A stretch of DNA of 64,000 nt from an uncultured Eubacteriales bacterium (lineage in GTDB: Bacteria; Bacillota; Clostridia; Christensenellales; Pumilibacteraceae). The stretch's first letter is position 1. Each line of letters begins with the position of its first letter. Shown here piece by piece: positions 20,009-30,935 of this stretch. The DNA is taken from the NCBI GenBank assembly GCA_900543755.1, contig UQSP01000003.1, forward strand, positions 2,747 through 66,746, in the 5' to 3' direction. Position numbers and translations under genes: made by a program. Below the pieces are notes generated by a model. It searched no databases. It worked only from the letters and a program-made list of their open reading frames with translations, and was not told the DNA's origin.

Positions 20009-21685
20009 ATGACAGGAGCGGAAATTATAATCAATTGTCTTTTGGAACAGGGCGTGGATACCGTTTTCGGATATCCGGGCGGAACCATTCTCAACGTGTA
20101 CGACGCGCTTTACAAAAGCGGCAGGATACATCACTATCTTACCGCGCACGAGCAGGGCGCCGCGCACGCCGCGGACGGATATGCGCGCGCCACGGGTAAA
20201 GTGGGCGTGTGCTTTGCGACCAGCGGACCGGGTGCTACTAACCTCGTCACGGGCATAGCCACGGCGTACATGGATTCTTCGCCCGTGGTCGCCATTACCT
20301 GCAACGTCGCGGGCAACCTTCTGGGACGGGACTCCTTTCAGGAGGTGGACATTACGGGTATAACGATGCCCATCACCAAGCACAACTATATTGTGCCTAA
20401 CGTCAATAAACTTGCGGACATTATCCGCGAGGCGTTTTATATCGCAAACAGCGGCAGAAAAGGTCCGGTTTTAATCGACATTCCCAAAGACGTGACGGCG
20501 GCGGAATGCGATTACACGCCCGTAGCGCCGCGCACATACACGGCTACGGCAAACGTTACGGACGCGGAAATAGAAAAGGCGGCAAAATTAATCAACTCCG
20601 CCGAGCGTCCCTTTATCGTCAGCGGCGGCGGCGTAATCGCGTCGGGGGCGGAAGAGGAGATAAAAAAACTTGCCGAAAAGCTTGACTGCCCCGTTGCCTG
20701 CACGTTTATGGGCATCGGCAGTTACGACACAACCGCGCCCGAATACACGGGCATGATAGGCATGCACGGCACCAAGGCGTCGAATATCGGCGTAAACACT
20801 TCCGACGTGCTTATCGCCGTGGGCGTAAGGTTTTCGGACAGGGTTATTTCCGATGCCAGCAAGTTTGCTAAAGGCGCAAAGATAATTCATATCGACATCG
20901 ACCCTGCGGAAATCAGCAAAAACGTCAAGTGTGCCATGTCGCTTACGGGCGACGCCAAAGTCGCGCTGGAAAAACTTTTGCCGCATCTTCATCAAAAGAA
21001 ATCCGACGAGTGGCTTAACCATATCGAAAGCCTTAAAAAGGAATTCCCCAAGATGGATTTAAGTCCCTCAGCGCCCATAAATCCCGAATATATCCTGGAA
21101 AAACTGAACGAAGTTACCCGCGGCGACGCGATAATCGTGACCGAAGTGGGACAGCATCAGATGTGGGCGGGACAGTTCTGTACGTTCAAAAAACCTCGCA
21201 CTTTCCTTTCAAGCGGCGGACTGGGCACAATGGGCTTCGGTACGGGCGCGGCGATGGGCGCGCAGGTGGGCATGCCGAATAAGCGCGTTATTTCCATTGC
21301 GGGCGACGGCTGCTTCCGCATGAACTGCAACGAGCTTTGCACCATTCAGCACTACAATATTCCCGTAATCATAATCGTCATGAACAACGGCACTCTTGGC
21401 ATGGTGCGCCAGTGGCAGACGCTTTTCTACGGCGGCAGATACTCCGAAACCACGCTTGACCGCGGCCCCGACTTCAAAAAGCTGGCGGAAGCGTATTTCG
21501 TGGACGGGTATTCGGTTTATACAAAAGCGGATTTCGACGACGCCATTAAGTCCGCGTTAAGCAAAAACGCGCCCGCCGTCATCGACGCGCATATCGACAC
21601 CGACGAGTTCGTTCTGCCCATGGTCAGCCCCGGTAAGCCCATATCAGACATCCTGACCGAAAACGTCAAAAAAGCAAAGAAGTAA
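20009..21685 (+). CDS. ilvB: Acetolactate synthase large (catalytic) subunit
   Basis: ThDP enzyme with GYPGG..L, HEQGAAHAADGYARATG and GTMGFG. A 514-bp A-rich spacer separates it from ilvD. Confidence 0.95.
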   Translation: MTGAEIIINCLLEQGVDTVFGYPGGTILNVYDALYKSGRIHHYLTAHEQGAAHAADGYARATGKVGVCFATSGPGATNLVTGIATAYMDSSPVVAITCNVAGNLLGRDSFQEVDITGITMPITKHNYIVPNVNKLADIIREAFYIANSGRKGPVLIDIPKDVTAAECDYTPVAPRTYTATANVTDAEIEKAAKLINSAERPFIVSGGGVIASGAEEEIKKLAEKLDCPVACTFMGIGSYDTTAPEYTGMIGMHGTKASNIGVNTSDVLIAVGVRFSDRVISDASKFAKGAKIIHIDIDPAEISKNVKCAMSLTGDAKVALEKLLPHLHQKKSDEWLNHIESLKKEFPKMDLSPSAPINPEYILEKLNEVTRGDAIIVTEVGQHQMWAGQFCTFKKPRTFLSSGGLGTMGFGTGAAMGAQVGMPNKRVISIAGDGCFRMNCNELCTIQHYNIPVIIIVMNNGTLGMVRQWQTLFYGGRYSETTLDRGPDFKKLAEAYFVDGYSVYTKADFDDAIKSALSKNAPAVIDAHIDTDEFVLPMVSPGKPISDILTENVKKAKK

Positions 21686-22134
21686 TCGGTTTTTTTCGGC
21701 TGATTAGGCGTAAAGCCTGTCTGACAGAAGCGGCAGTTTCATCCGCGCCCGCAAAAGCCTGACAGATTAATTTTTGTCGGACTCCACAGACGGAAAAAGT
21801 GTTTTAACGGGAATTAAAATATGCGGCGATAAGATATGCTGAAAATTTTTTAATCCCGAAACGGCGGTTGTTTCTTTAAAACTCGGAATTTATGCCGCGC
21901 AACGGGTAAAAGACGGGCAAAAACGGGAATAACAGCCGCGTAAATTCAAAATCAAACAGTGTTCATGTTTTGCCGAAGAAACAATTTGTGCTCCTCGGCA
22001 AAATTTATACTTTTTTACAAAGGGTTAATTTTAAGAAAGCTTTTTTGCATTTGTTTAACGTGGGAAAAGACGGCTTGGTGTAAGGAAAAGACAAAAGTAA
22101 AAGCATTTTATTTTTTAACAAGAGGGGGGGGGAC

Positions 22135-23434
22135 AATGAACAACGGTGATATAAGACAAAAAATCGCGTTTCCCGATTATGACGTAGTCGTGGCGGGCGC
22201 GGGACTTGCGGGCGTCGCCGCAGCGATTGGCGCCGCAAGAGAGGGTATGCGCGTGCTTGTCGTCGAGCGTTACGGTTTTGCGGGCGGCATGGCGACCGGT
22301 GCGCTTGTAAATCCCTTTATGAATTATTTCGAAAGCGGAGCAAACGGAAAGCTTGTCAACAAAGGACTGTTTGAGACGTTTCGAAAAGATATGCAGGCTT
22401 TGGGGGCGACGAAATGTGCGGAAAAACGCGGCTGCCACGCTTTTAACGACGAGCTTCTTAAAATCGTGCTGGACCGTGAAATGGCGAAAAACGGCGTGGA
22501 CGTACTGTATCACGCGCTTTTAAGCGACGTATCGGTTAAAGACGGAAAAATAAATTTTGTAACCGTTTCCACGATTTCGGGTAATTTCGACTTAAAGGCG
22601 AAATTTTTTATCGACGCCACGGGCAATGCCGACCTTACTGCTTTTGCGGGGCTTGAATTCAAGCTGGGAAGGGAAAACGACAATCGGGTTCAGCCGATGA
22701 CGCTTTGTTTCAGGCTTTCGGGCGTGGACGAAAGCAAGCTGGATGTGCGTCTTATAAACGAAAAATACGCGCAAATGCGTCGCGAAGGCCGTATCAAAAA
22801 CAAGCGGGAAGACGTGCTTTTGTTCAATTTCCGCGACGTAGACTGCGGCGAGGGGCTTATTCACTTCAACACGACGCGTATTCTCGAAAAGAATCCCGTG
22901 TCGGCGCTTGACCGCAGCGCGGCGGAAATCGAAGCGCGTGAACAAGTTCTTGAAATGGTTGAGTTTCTTAAAAATAACTTCGAGTGCATGAAAAACGCCT
23001 ATCTTGTCAATATGGCGGCGGAAACGGGTATTCGCGAAAGCCGCCGCATAGTGGGAATGTACGAAATAACCGCTTCCGATATTGTTAACGCCCGTAAGTT
23101 CGACGATTCGATTGCGCGCGGCTCGTACGAAATAGACATTCACAGTCCCGACGGGACAGGAACGCATCACGTCAGGCTTAAAGAAGGGGAATATTATACC
23201 ATTCCCTATCGCGCCATGGTGCCCGTTGCCGCAGTAAACCTTCTTGCCGCGGGCAGACCGCTTTCCTCCACGCACGAGGCTCATGCGGCTTTCCGCGTTA
23301 TGCCCATCACCACCTGCATAGGCGAGGCGGCAGGCGTTGCGGCTGCCCTTGCCGTGAAAAAGGGAGTATCGGCCGCCTTGGTTCCCGTGCCGGAGCTGAG
23401 GGAAAAGTTGGTCGGTTACGGCGCGCTTATCTAG
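22135..23434 (+). CDS. FAD-dependent oxidoreductase (pfam12831-like)
   Basis: The likely start is the ATG at 22135 just after the G9 RBS tract. The ORF in the supplied track begins further upstream at 21959. A Rossmann dinucleotide-binding motif YDVVVAGAGLAGVAAAIGAAREG is present. Confidence 0.75.
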
Positions 23435-23685
23435 ATAAACGGCGGTTACGGCGCGCTGATCTGATTGAATTAGGTTTACGGCGCGTATTTTGCGGTTTAA
23501 GCGATTTTCGGCGCACGTTAATCAAAGGGTGATTTGTCGTTTAAGAAAAAATCGCAGTATAATCAAGCGCGTTTTGCGCTCCGACTGCGGGGCGTTGCAA
23601 AGCGAAAAAAGCTGAAGAATAAAAAAGGGAGTTGTCCGTGCGGGCAGCTCCCTTTCCGTTATGTTGTTTTTGTTTTAAATTCGGG

Positions 23686-24423
23686 TTATTTTTTGTAGGC
23701 GTTTTTATCGACGGGCTGGTCCGATATTACTTCGTCTATTTGCGAAACGTGGCAGAGATTGTGCCAGAACGACAGCCCGAATTTACTTGAGTCCGCAAGC
23801 AGCACGCTTTTTTTCGATTGCCGCATCATGACGGCGCGCACGTCGTCTTCCCCCACCGAGGTGTCGCAAAGATATCCGCCCGATGTTATTCCGCGGCAGG
23901 AAAAGAAACACACGTCGGCGTTGTAATTTTTTAAAAAAGCCAAAGCTTCCTCTCCGATAAGCCCGTAAGCCTCCGTTTTTACCGTGCCGCCCGTCATAAG
24001 GCATTTGACGTTTTCGGTTGCCAAAGCCTCGGCAAGGCGCAAGCCGTTGGTGATGACTATCACGTCTTTTTTGTCTTTAAGGAAAGGCGCAAGGTGAAGT
24101 ATGGTAGTGGAGTTGTCCGCCATGATGACGTCGCCGTCGTTTATAAGCCGCGCAGCCGTCATGGCGATTTTGGTTTTCTGCTCGTTCATGAGGTATTCTC
24201 TGCGCGCCAACGGCAGGCTTTTGTCCGCCGCGCGCGAGGACAGCATCACGCCGCCGTGAGTGCGTATCACAAGCCCCTCGGCGGCAAGCTGGGCAAGATC
24301 GCGCCTGACCGTGGGCTGACTGACGTAAAGAGTATCCGCAATCTTTTTTACGTCCGTGGGGGCGGAGGGCGACAGCATATTCAATAATTCCTGTTTTCTG
24401 TCGGACAACGGCATTTTTTTCAC
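23686..24423 (-). CDS. DeoR family transcriptional regulator
   Basis: An N-terminal HTH (TLYVSQPTVRRDLAQLAAEGLV) is joined to a DeoR C-terminal sugar-phosphate sensor domain. Confidence 0.85.
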   Translation of the reverse strand: MKKMPLSDRKQELLNMLSPSAPTDVKKIADTLYVSQPTVRRDLAQLAAEGLVIRTHGGVMLSSRAADKSLPLARREYLMNEQKTKIAMTAARLINDGDVIMADNSTTILHLAPFLKDKKDVIVITNGLRLAEALATENVKCLMTGGTVKTEAYGLIGEEALAFLKNYNADVCFFSCRGITSGGYLCDTSVGEDDVRAVMMRQSKKSVLLADSSKFGLSFWHNLCHVSQIDEVISDQPVDKNAYKK

Positions 24424-24789
24424 CTCTTACAAACGGCGTTTTTATAATTATACATATTTTAATTGCGTTTTTCAACTCATCGGCAAAAAAACAGCCGAAA
24501 AATCTGTCCAAGGTCACGGTCGTTATGTTTGCCTGCGTTGGTTTCGTGTGCGCGATATTGACAAATATGCGTAATTAAACTATAATTATTTTCAACTTAC
24601 AGGGCTAAAAAAAAGTAAGCTGTCTAAGTCAAAAAAAAGGATTATTTATATCTTAGGCGCGGTACTGTTGTTCGGATAAAAAGGGGAATAAATATGCGGC
24701 AGATAAAAACCGCATCGACGGAAGAAAATCAAAGAAAACAGCCGCTTTTTTTAGGATATCGACAGCATAAATTTTAAGCAGGGGGGACA

Positions 24790-25500
24790 ATGAAGAACAA
24801 AACAGAAAAAGCTTTACCTGAAAATGTCTTAAAAGAAGGTTTAGGTAAAACGGATTTTAAAACCGATAAAGTCTGCGCGGATGCGGAAAATCTTTCTCCG
24901 TCTGAGGGAAAGATTGATTTAAGAAAAAACGCACCGACGGATAAAAATCACGATTGCGAAAATAAGAAAAATTGCTTTCGCGCTTGTTTGTATCCCTCTG
25001 TCGTCGCAGTTACGGGGATTACGGTTGCCTTTATCAGGGCGGGGTTCTTTATCGCGCAGTACGCGGGCGGCGCTTTCGACTATTTTACAACGCTTATTTC
25101 GGACATTCTGTTGCTGTTCCTGTTCGGCGCATTGGCGGTGGGCGGTGTGATTATAGCGATTTTCTGCTTTTTGTCGGGGAAAAAAGAAAGCCGCATGAGC
25201 GGACTTGTTTCGCTTATATTGCCGCTTGTTTTGTTCGTTTCCGTCGTAATTTCGGTTTTGCAGGTTTACTTCATGCACGTCATTCCGCCGTCCGTTTCTT
25301 ACGGCTACAGCAAAATAGACTTGTACTGTGTGCTGTTCTTTCGCGTTACGGGCGTGGCGCGCACTCCCGAGGCATATGAACTATACGATTTTAAGAACGC
25401 TTATTATTTTGACTCGATATTTGTTGCCGCGGTTTTGTGCGCCGCTTTCGTCGCGTTCAAGTTAGTGCGCGCGCGTAAAAAAATCCACGGCAACCGCTGA
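24790..25500 (+). CDS. Hypothetical membrane protein
   Basis: A good RBS, a ~70-aa polar N-terminus, then 4-5 hydrophobic helices. No recognisable family. Confidence 0.5.
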   Translation: MKNKTEKALPENVLKEGLGKTDFKTDKVCADAENLSPSEGKIDLRKNAPTDKNHDCENKKNCFRACLYPSVVAVTGITVAFIRAGFFIAQYAGGAFDYFTTLISDILLLFLFGALAVGGVIIAIFCFLSGKKESRMSGLVSLILPLVLFVSVVISVLQVYFMHVIPPSVSYGYSKIDLYCVLFFRVTGVARTPEAYELYDFKNAYYFDSIFVAAVLCAAFVAFKLVRARKKIHGNR

Positions 25501-25540
25501 AAGAAGTCAAATAATCCAAGGCAACCGCTGAAAGAAAATT

Positions 25541-25577
25541 AAAAAGCACGGAGTTAAGCGCGCTCCGTGCTTTTTTG
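25541..25577. terminator. Bidirectional intrinsic terminator
   Basis: GCACGGAG-TTAAGCGCG-CTCCGTGC is followed by TTTTTT and preceded by AAAAA. It sits between convergent genes (the membrane protein and clpB). Confidence 0.8.
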
Positions 25578-25801
25578 TGCCGTTATCGTTTTGCGGCGTG
25601 GTTGTTTTTAGTTTTAATAACGTAATTTGTTTTTACGCTCCTGAATTAGCCGATAAAAACAGGGAAAGGCGTTGAAGATTTCGGGATTAACGGTTGTTAC
25701 GCAAAAAGTATGCGTTATAAAAAGTTTGTTTTTTATAAAGACGGCTTACTTTTGCGCAATAAACCGCGTCCTTGTATGCGCCCGCGTAAATCAGGGGGAA
25801 T

Positions 25802-28414
25802 TTACTCGGTTTTGCCGTTTGTTACGGTGACGGTAAGGTCGCCGTTTTCTTCGTCCACGGTCAGCACGCTGTCGGGTTTAAGGTCGGATTCCAGAATCTT
25901 TTTGGCAAGCAAGGTTTCCACTTTGCCCGTAAGGTATCTTTTAAGCGGACGCGCGCCGTAAACGGGGTCGTAGCCGTGCTCCATGATAAACTCTTTGGCT
26001 TTGTCCGTGACAAACAGGTCAAGCCGTCTGTCCGCCATGCGCTCCTTCAGCGAGCGGAGAAGAATGTCGATGATGCCCGTAATGTTGGATTTCGTAAGGG
26101 GTTTATAGAACACGATTTCGTCCAGTCTGTTTAAGAATTCGGGACGGAAGGACTGCTTTAACAGTGCGTTTACTTTTTCTTTGGCGTCCTCGTTTATCTC
26201 GCCCGTTTTTTCGTCGATGCCCTCTAAGATGTAGCTTGACCCGAGGTTGGAAGTCAGGATAAGAACGGTGTTCTTAAAGTCCACGGTTCTGCCCTGAGAG
26301 TCGGTCACTCTGCCGTCGTCCAGCACCTGCAAAAGAATGTTGAATACGTCGGGATGGGCTTTTTCTATCTCGTCGAACAGCACGACCGAATAGGGTTTGC
26401 GCCTTACCGCCTCGGTAAGCTGACCGCCCTCTTCGTAGCCGACGTATCCCGGAGGCGCGCCTATAAGACGGGAGACGGAAAACTTTTCCATGTACTCGGA
26501 CATGTCTATGCGGATAAGGTTGTGCTCGTCGTCGAACAGACACTCTGCAAGTGCCTTTGCAAGCTCGGTTTTGCCTACGCCCGTGGGGCCCAGGAACATA
26601 AAGCTGCCTATGGGGCGGCCGGGGTCGGCAATGCCCGCACGGGAACGCATTATCGCTTCGCTTACTTTTGTAACCGCCTCGTCCTGGCCGATGACGCGCT
26701 TATGAAGAATGTCCGCAAGGTGTAAAATCTTTTCGCGCTCGCCCTCCATAAGTTTAGAAAGCGGTATTCCCGTCCAGCGGGACACGACTTTGGCGATTTC
26801 TTCCTCCGTAACGGTGTCGCGCAGCAGCGAGTTCTGATTTTGTCCGCCTTCCGTCTGAGCTTTTTCCAGTTTTTTGGTAAGCTCGGGGAGAGTGGAGTAT
26901 TTCAGCTTTGCCGCGTGTTCGTAGTCGGCCGCGCGTTGCGCCCGTTCGATTTCCGCGTTTACGCGCTCGATTTCCGATTTAAGGTCGGACACGGCGTGAA
27001 TGTTCTGCTTTTCGTTGTCCCAGCGCGCTTTCATCGCGTCGAATTTCGCCCTTAAGTCCGCGCATTCCTTTTGAATTTCCTTAAGCCGCGCCGCGCTTAA
27101 CGAGTCTTTTTCCTTCTTTAAGGCGGTTTCCTCGATTTCAAGCTGCATAATCTTACGCGAAATTTCGTCCATTTCCGTGGGCATGGAGTCGATTTCCGTC
27201 CTTATCATCGCGCACGCTTCGTCCACAAGGTCGATTGCCTTGTCGGGAAGAAAACGGTCGGTGATGTAGCGGTTGGAAAGCGTGGCGGCTGCGACAAGCG
27301 CACCGTCGTGAATGGTTACGCCGTGATACACCTCGTAGCGGTCTTTAAGCCCTCTCAGTATGGAAACGGTGTCCTCGACCGAAGGTTCGTCCACCGTTAC
27401 GGGCTGGAAACGGCGCTCGAGTGCGGCGTCCTTTTCGATATATTTGCGGTATTCGTCCAAGGTGGTTGCGCCTATGCAGTGCAGTTCGCCGCGCGCCAGA
27501 AGCGGTTTAAGCAGGTTGCCCGCGTCCATCGCGCCGTCGGATTTACCCGCGCCCACTATGGTGTGCAGCTCGTCGATGAACATTATGATTTTGCCTTCGC
27601 TCTTTTTGACTTCGCCCAGCACCGCTTTAAGACGCTCCTCAAATTCGCCGCGGAATTTCGCGCCCGCGATAAGCGCGCCCATGTCCAGCGCGAATATGGT
27701 CTTGTCTTTAAGTCCCTCGGGCACGTCGCCGCGTACTATACGCTGGGCAAGCCCTTCGGCTATGGCGGTTTTGCCCACGCCCGGTTCGCCTATAAGCACG
27801 GGGTTGTTCTTTGTCTTGCGCGAAAGTATGCGTATGACGTTTCTTATCTCGTTGTCCCTGCCGATGACGGGGTCGAGTTTTCCCGATTTCGCCCTCTCCA
27901 CAAGGTCAAAGCCGTATTTTCCCAGCGCGTCGTAGCTCGATTCGGGATTGTCGGAAGTAACTCTGGCGGTCTTTACCTTTTTAAGCTCTGCGGTAAAGGC
28001 CTCTTTGGTAATGCCGTGCGCGCGGAATATTCCCTTTATTCCTTCGTCCGCATAGTCGAATATCGAAAGCATGATATGCTCGACGGACGTGTACTCGTCC
28101 TTCATTCCCGCAGCCAGCTTTTCCGCGGCGGCAAGAATTTTGTCCGTAAGGGGCGAAACGTAAACCTTATCCGGCTCCCGTCCCGAACCCGAAACCGCGG
28201 GAATTTTGCGTATAAGGGTGTCCGTTTCCGACAGAATCGCGTCGGGAGATTTACCCATTTTCTTGAAAAGCTGTCCTATAAGTCCGTTTTCCTGATCGAC
28301 AAGCGCGTACAAAAGATGCTCCGGGCAGATTTGTACGTTATTGTTTTCTATCGCGATGTTCTGCGCGGACTGTATCGCTTCCATCGCTTTTTGCGTCAGT
28401 TTGTTGGTATTCAT
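25802..28414 (-). CDS. clpB: ATP-dependent chaperone ClpB
   Basis: 870 aa with two AAA+ modules ([16 protein letters not shown]), a Clp N-domain and a middle coiled coil. Confidence 0.97.
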   Translation of the reverse strand: MNTNKLTQKAMEAIQSAQNIAIENNNVQICPEHLLYALVDQENGLIGQLFKKMGKSPDAILSETDTLIRKIPAVSGSGREPDKVYVSPLTDKILAAAEKLAAGMKDEYTSVEHIMLSIFDYADEGIKGIFRAHGITKEAFTAELKKVKTARVTSDNPESSYDALGKYGFDLVERAKSGKLDPVIGRDNEIRNVIRILSRKTKNNPVLIGEPGVGKTAIAEGLAQRIVRGDVPEGLKDKTIFALDMGALIAGAKFRGEFEERLKAVLGEVKKSEGKIIMFIDELHTIVGAGKSDGAMDAGNLLKPLLARGELHCIGATTLDEYRKYIEKDAALERRFQPVTVDEPSVEDTVSILRGLKDRYEVYHGVTIHDGALVAAATLSNRYITDRFLPDKAIDLVDEACAMIRTEIDSMPTEMDEISRKIMQLEIEETALKKEKDSLSAARLKEIQKECADLRAKFDAMKARWDNEKQNIHAVSDLKSEIERVNAEIERAQRAADYEHAAKLKYSTLPELTKKLEKAQTEGGQNQNSLLRDTVTEEEIAKVVSRWTGIPLSKLMEGEREKILHLADILHKRVIGQDEAVTKVSEAIMRSRAGIADPGRPIGSFMFLGPTGVGKTELAKALAECLFDDEHNLIRIDMSEYMEKFSVSRLIGAPPGYVGYEEGGQLTEAVRRKPYSVVLFDEIEKAHPDVFNILLQVLDDGRVTDSQGRTVDFKNTVLILTSNLGSSYILEGIDEKTGEINEDAKEKVNALLKQSFRPEFLNRLDEIVFYKPLTKSNITGIIDILLRSLKERMADRRLDLFVTDKAKEFIMEHGYDPVYGARPLKRYLTGKVETLLAKKILESDLKPDSVLTVDEENGDLTVTVTNGKTE

Positions 28415-28453
28415 AATTGCGTTTATCCTCCTTTTTAAGTCTTTTGCCGCGTC

Positions 28454-29104
28454 TTATATGATAAGCATACCGCCGTTAAGCGCGTCGAGATAGTCGTTTT
28501 CGATTTCCGTAGCCGCAGCGCCCGATAGCCGCTTTTTCATCAGCCGGTCAAACGTGCGGACGTAATCGGTTATCGCGCGGCTCAGTTCTACTTGACCGTA
28601 AAGCGTGTTCCGCGGCACCTTAAGCGTGCGCGTCCAGCGGGTTTCGTCCAGCGTGTAATTTATTTCCGCGCCTTCGAAGTAACGCGCTACGTAAAGCTCT
28701 TCCAGCCTTGTCCACAGCGCGAAAAACTCGGTAAGACGGTTAAGAAGCTGCGGCGACTGCGTGCGGAAGTTGACCTTAAGCTCTCCCACCGTGCCGCTCT
28801 GAGCCCTGTAAAGCTCCACTTCATACCTGATGGTGGGGCGGTAGCGGTACTCAAGCGCGCTTTTTATGCTAAGCGTGTTGTCGTGCTGCTGGTAATATAC
28901 CTGCTGTCCCGTAAGCTGCTTGAATAAATCCTCTATGCCGTGAAAAATGTCGTTTATCCGCTTTTCGGGCGTCGTCACCGACACGTACTCGGCAAGAATT
29001 TCGTTGATGAGGTTAGACCTGTTTGTGTTTTCCTCTTCCGCCAGTTTGTCTATGGCGTTTATCACGTCCTCGGCAAGAATCAGACTGTACATGTTTTTTT
29101 TCAT
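28454..29104 (-). CDS. Ribbon-helix-helix (CopG/Arc/MetJ-like) domain protein with a ~170-aa C-terminal domain of unknown function, cotranscribed with clpB
   Basis: The N-terminus SLILAEDVINAIDKLAEEENTNRSNLINEILAEYV has the beta-strand/helix/helix pattern of RHH DNA-binding domains. Its stop is 37 bp before the clpB RBS on the same strand. The gene starts behind an AAGGAGG RBS. Confidence 0.5.
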   Translation of the reverse strand: MKKNMYSLILAEDVINAIDKLAEEENTNRSNLINEILAEYVSVTTPEKRINDIFHGIEDLFKQLTGQQVYYQQHDNTLSIKSALEYRYRPTIRYEVELYRAQSGTVGELKVNFRTQSPQLLNRLTEFFALWTRLEELYVARYFEGAEINYTLDETRWTRTLKVPRNTLYGQVELSRAITDYVRTFDRLMKKRLSGAAATEIENDYLDALNGGMLII

Positions 29105-29165
29105 TTTTTTTTGCCGCCTCCTTTACTCAAAGCGTTCGTTTTTTTCTTTTGTTCGTTTACTTTTC

Positions 29166-29365
29166 GGTTTTTTCTCCGTAAACCTCCGTGAAAAGTCCGT
29201 TATCGGTTTTGCTTCGTAAGCCTCCGTGAAAAGCCCGTTATCGGTTTTTTCTCCGTAAGCCTCCGTGAAAAGTCCGTTATCGGTTTTGCTTCGTGAGCCT
29301 CCGTGAAAAGCCCGTTATCGGTTTTTTCTCCGTAAGCCTCCGCGAAAAGCCTTTTTCGCGTTAAG
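29166..29365. repeat. Tandem array of a 76-bp unit (two alternating 38-bp subunits), about 2.5 copies, in the promoter region of the RHH-clpB operon
   Basis: Subunit A is TCCGTAA(A/G)CCTCCGTGAAAAGTCCGTTATCGGTTTTGCT and subunit B is TCGT(A/G)AGCCTCCGTGAAAAGCCCGTTATCGGTTTTTTC. The pattern is A-B-A-B-A'. The array starts 60 bp upstream of the RHH gene start codon. Confidence 0.85.
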
Positions 29366-29694
29366 TTCGTTTCGTCCCGAGTTTGCGCTTAAATCGGCTT
29401 TGGTCTTTGTCGTTGTTTCCCGCCCGAATTAGTATGCTCATCCCGGCCGTCCGCTAAACTCGTAACCGAATTTATATATATTATAGCACGGATTTTCAGA
29501 AATGCAACTTTTTTACAAATATTTATATAAAATTTAATACAAATTTAAAATAATGATTGTTTTAAGCGGTTTTTGGCAGGTGACAGTCATAATTTGATTG
29601 AATTAATCAATTTTCTCGGCAATAGTTGATTAAAACGCGCGTTTAAGATATAATTAAGCCAAAGAAAAACAACGAAAACGGGAGGACTACGGAC

Positions 29695-30714
29695 ATGAAA
29701 GCCGCTGTTTTTTACGGTAAAGGCGATTTAAGAGTGGAGGAGGCGGTTACACCCGTCGCGGGTAAAGGCGAAATTCTGGTAAGGGTGCGCGCCTGCGGTG
29801 TGTGCGGCACGGACGTACATATATTTTCGGGCGACGAGGGCGCGGCAAAAACCACTCCGCCCGTCATTCTGGGACACGAGTTCGCTGGTGAAGTGGAAGA
29901 AACGGGGGAAGGAGTCACCGAATTTAAAAAGGGCGACAGGGTATGCGTAGACCCCAACGTGCTGTGCGGCGAGTGTCATTACTGCAAAAGCGCATTGGGC
30001 CACTTCTGCGAGCATATGCAGGGTATAGGCACCACCGTTAACGGAGGTTTTGCCGAGTACGTTGCCGTACCCGCGAAACAGGCTTACAAGCTGGATGACG
30101 GCACTTCTTTCGAGGAAGGCGCGATGACCGAGCCCGTTGCGTGCTGTCTGCACGGCATAGATATGTGCAACATCCGTCCCGGCGACGACGTTGCGGTTAT
30201 CGGCGGCGGAATGATAGGACTTATCATGCTTCAGCTGGCGCGGCTTAAAGGTGCGGCGCGCGTTGTGCTTATCGAGCCCGTTAAAGAAAAGCGGGAAAAG
30301 GCCCTTTCTTTGGGCGCTTACATGACCGTGGACCCCGTAAAAGAGGACGTCGCGGCGGCGATAGAGCGCGCAAAAACAAAAAGGCTTTCGTGCGTTATAG
30401 AGTGCGTGGGGCTTACTTCCACGATAGAGCAGGCAATAGAAATCGCGGGTAACGCGGCTACCGTCATGATGTTCGGGCTGACAAAGCCGGACGCGGAAAT
30501 AAGGGTAAAGCCTTTTACGGTTTTCAAAAAAGAAATCGTGCTTAAGTCCTCGTTCATCAATCCCTATACTCAGGGACGCGCGCTTAACCTCATTAACTCA
30601 AAAGCTCTGGACGTAAGCAGTATGGTTGCAAACGTCGTTCCGCTTGAAAAACTGAAAGAGGTTTTGTCGGACGCGTCGATGCGCGCAAAAGGCAAATTCA
30701 TCGTCCGTCCGTAA
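29695..30714 (+). CDS. Zinc-dependent alcohol/polyol dehydrogenase (MDR family; threonine/sorbitol dehydrogenase-like)
   Basis: GHEFAGEV, the structural-zinc Cys box CGECHYC and a GGGMIGL NAD-binding site are present. An imperfect palindrome TTGATTGAATTAATCAA lies upstream. Confidence 0.85.
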   Translation: MKAAVFYGKGDLRVEEAVTPVAGKGEILVRVRACGVCGTDVHIFSGDEGAAKTTPPVILGHEFAGEVEETGEGVTEFKKGDRVCVDPNVLCGECHYCKSALGHFCEHMQGIGTTVNGGFAEYVAVPAKQAYKLDDGTSFEEGAMTEPVACCLHGIDMCNIRPGDDVAVIGGGMIGLIMLQLARLKGAARVVLIEPVKEKREKALSLGAYMTVDPVKEDVAAAIERAKTKRLSCVIECVGLTSTIEQAIEIAGNAATVMMFGLTKPDAEIRVKPFTVFKKEIVLKSSFINPYTQGRALNLINSKALDVSSMVANVVPLEKLKEVLSDASMRAKGKFIVRP

Positions 30715-30935
30715 GGCTTTAAATAATAAACAACCCCATTTCAGCCGCGGCAAAAGAATTTCTACGCAAAAAAATGCGCTTAAAGTAAGCATAAAAAGTC
30801 TTTTCTTCAGGCGGTTAAAAACCGTTTCGTTCCGCTTAATGAAAGGATAAAGCGGCAATAACTCGGTTTAAAGCAAAATTTTTATCGTGCGACGGCAGCA
30901 CGCTTTATTTACAGAGAAAAGGAGCAGTTAAAAAC

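Noticed and set aside
21959-22134. Upstream extension of the FAD oxidoreductase ORF (MFMFCRRNNL...)
   Set aside because: The extension has no RBS and is Cys/Phe-rich junk. A strong G-rich RBS and ATG at 22135 give a protein starting at the Rossmann motif.
24424-24790. Possible small ORFs or a riboswitch in the DeoR-membrane-protein intergenic region
   Set aside because: Only weak composition-driven frames (24356..24574) are present, and no recognisable structured-RNA consensus.
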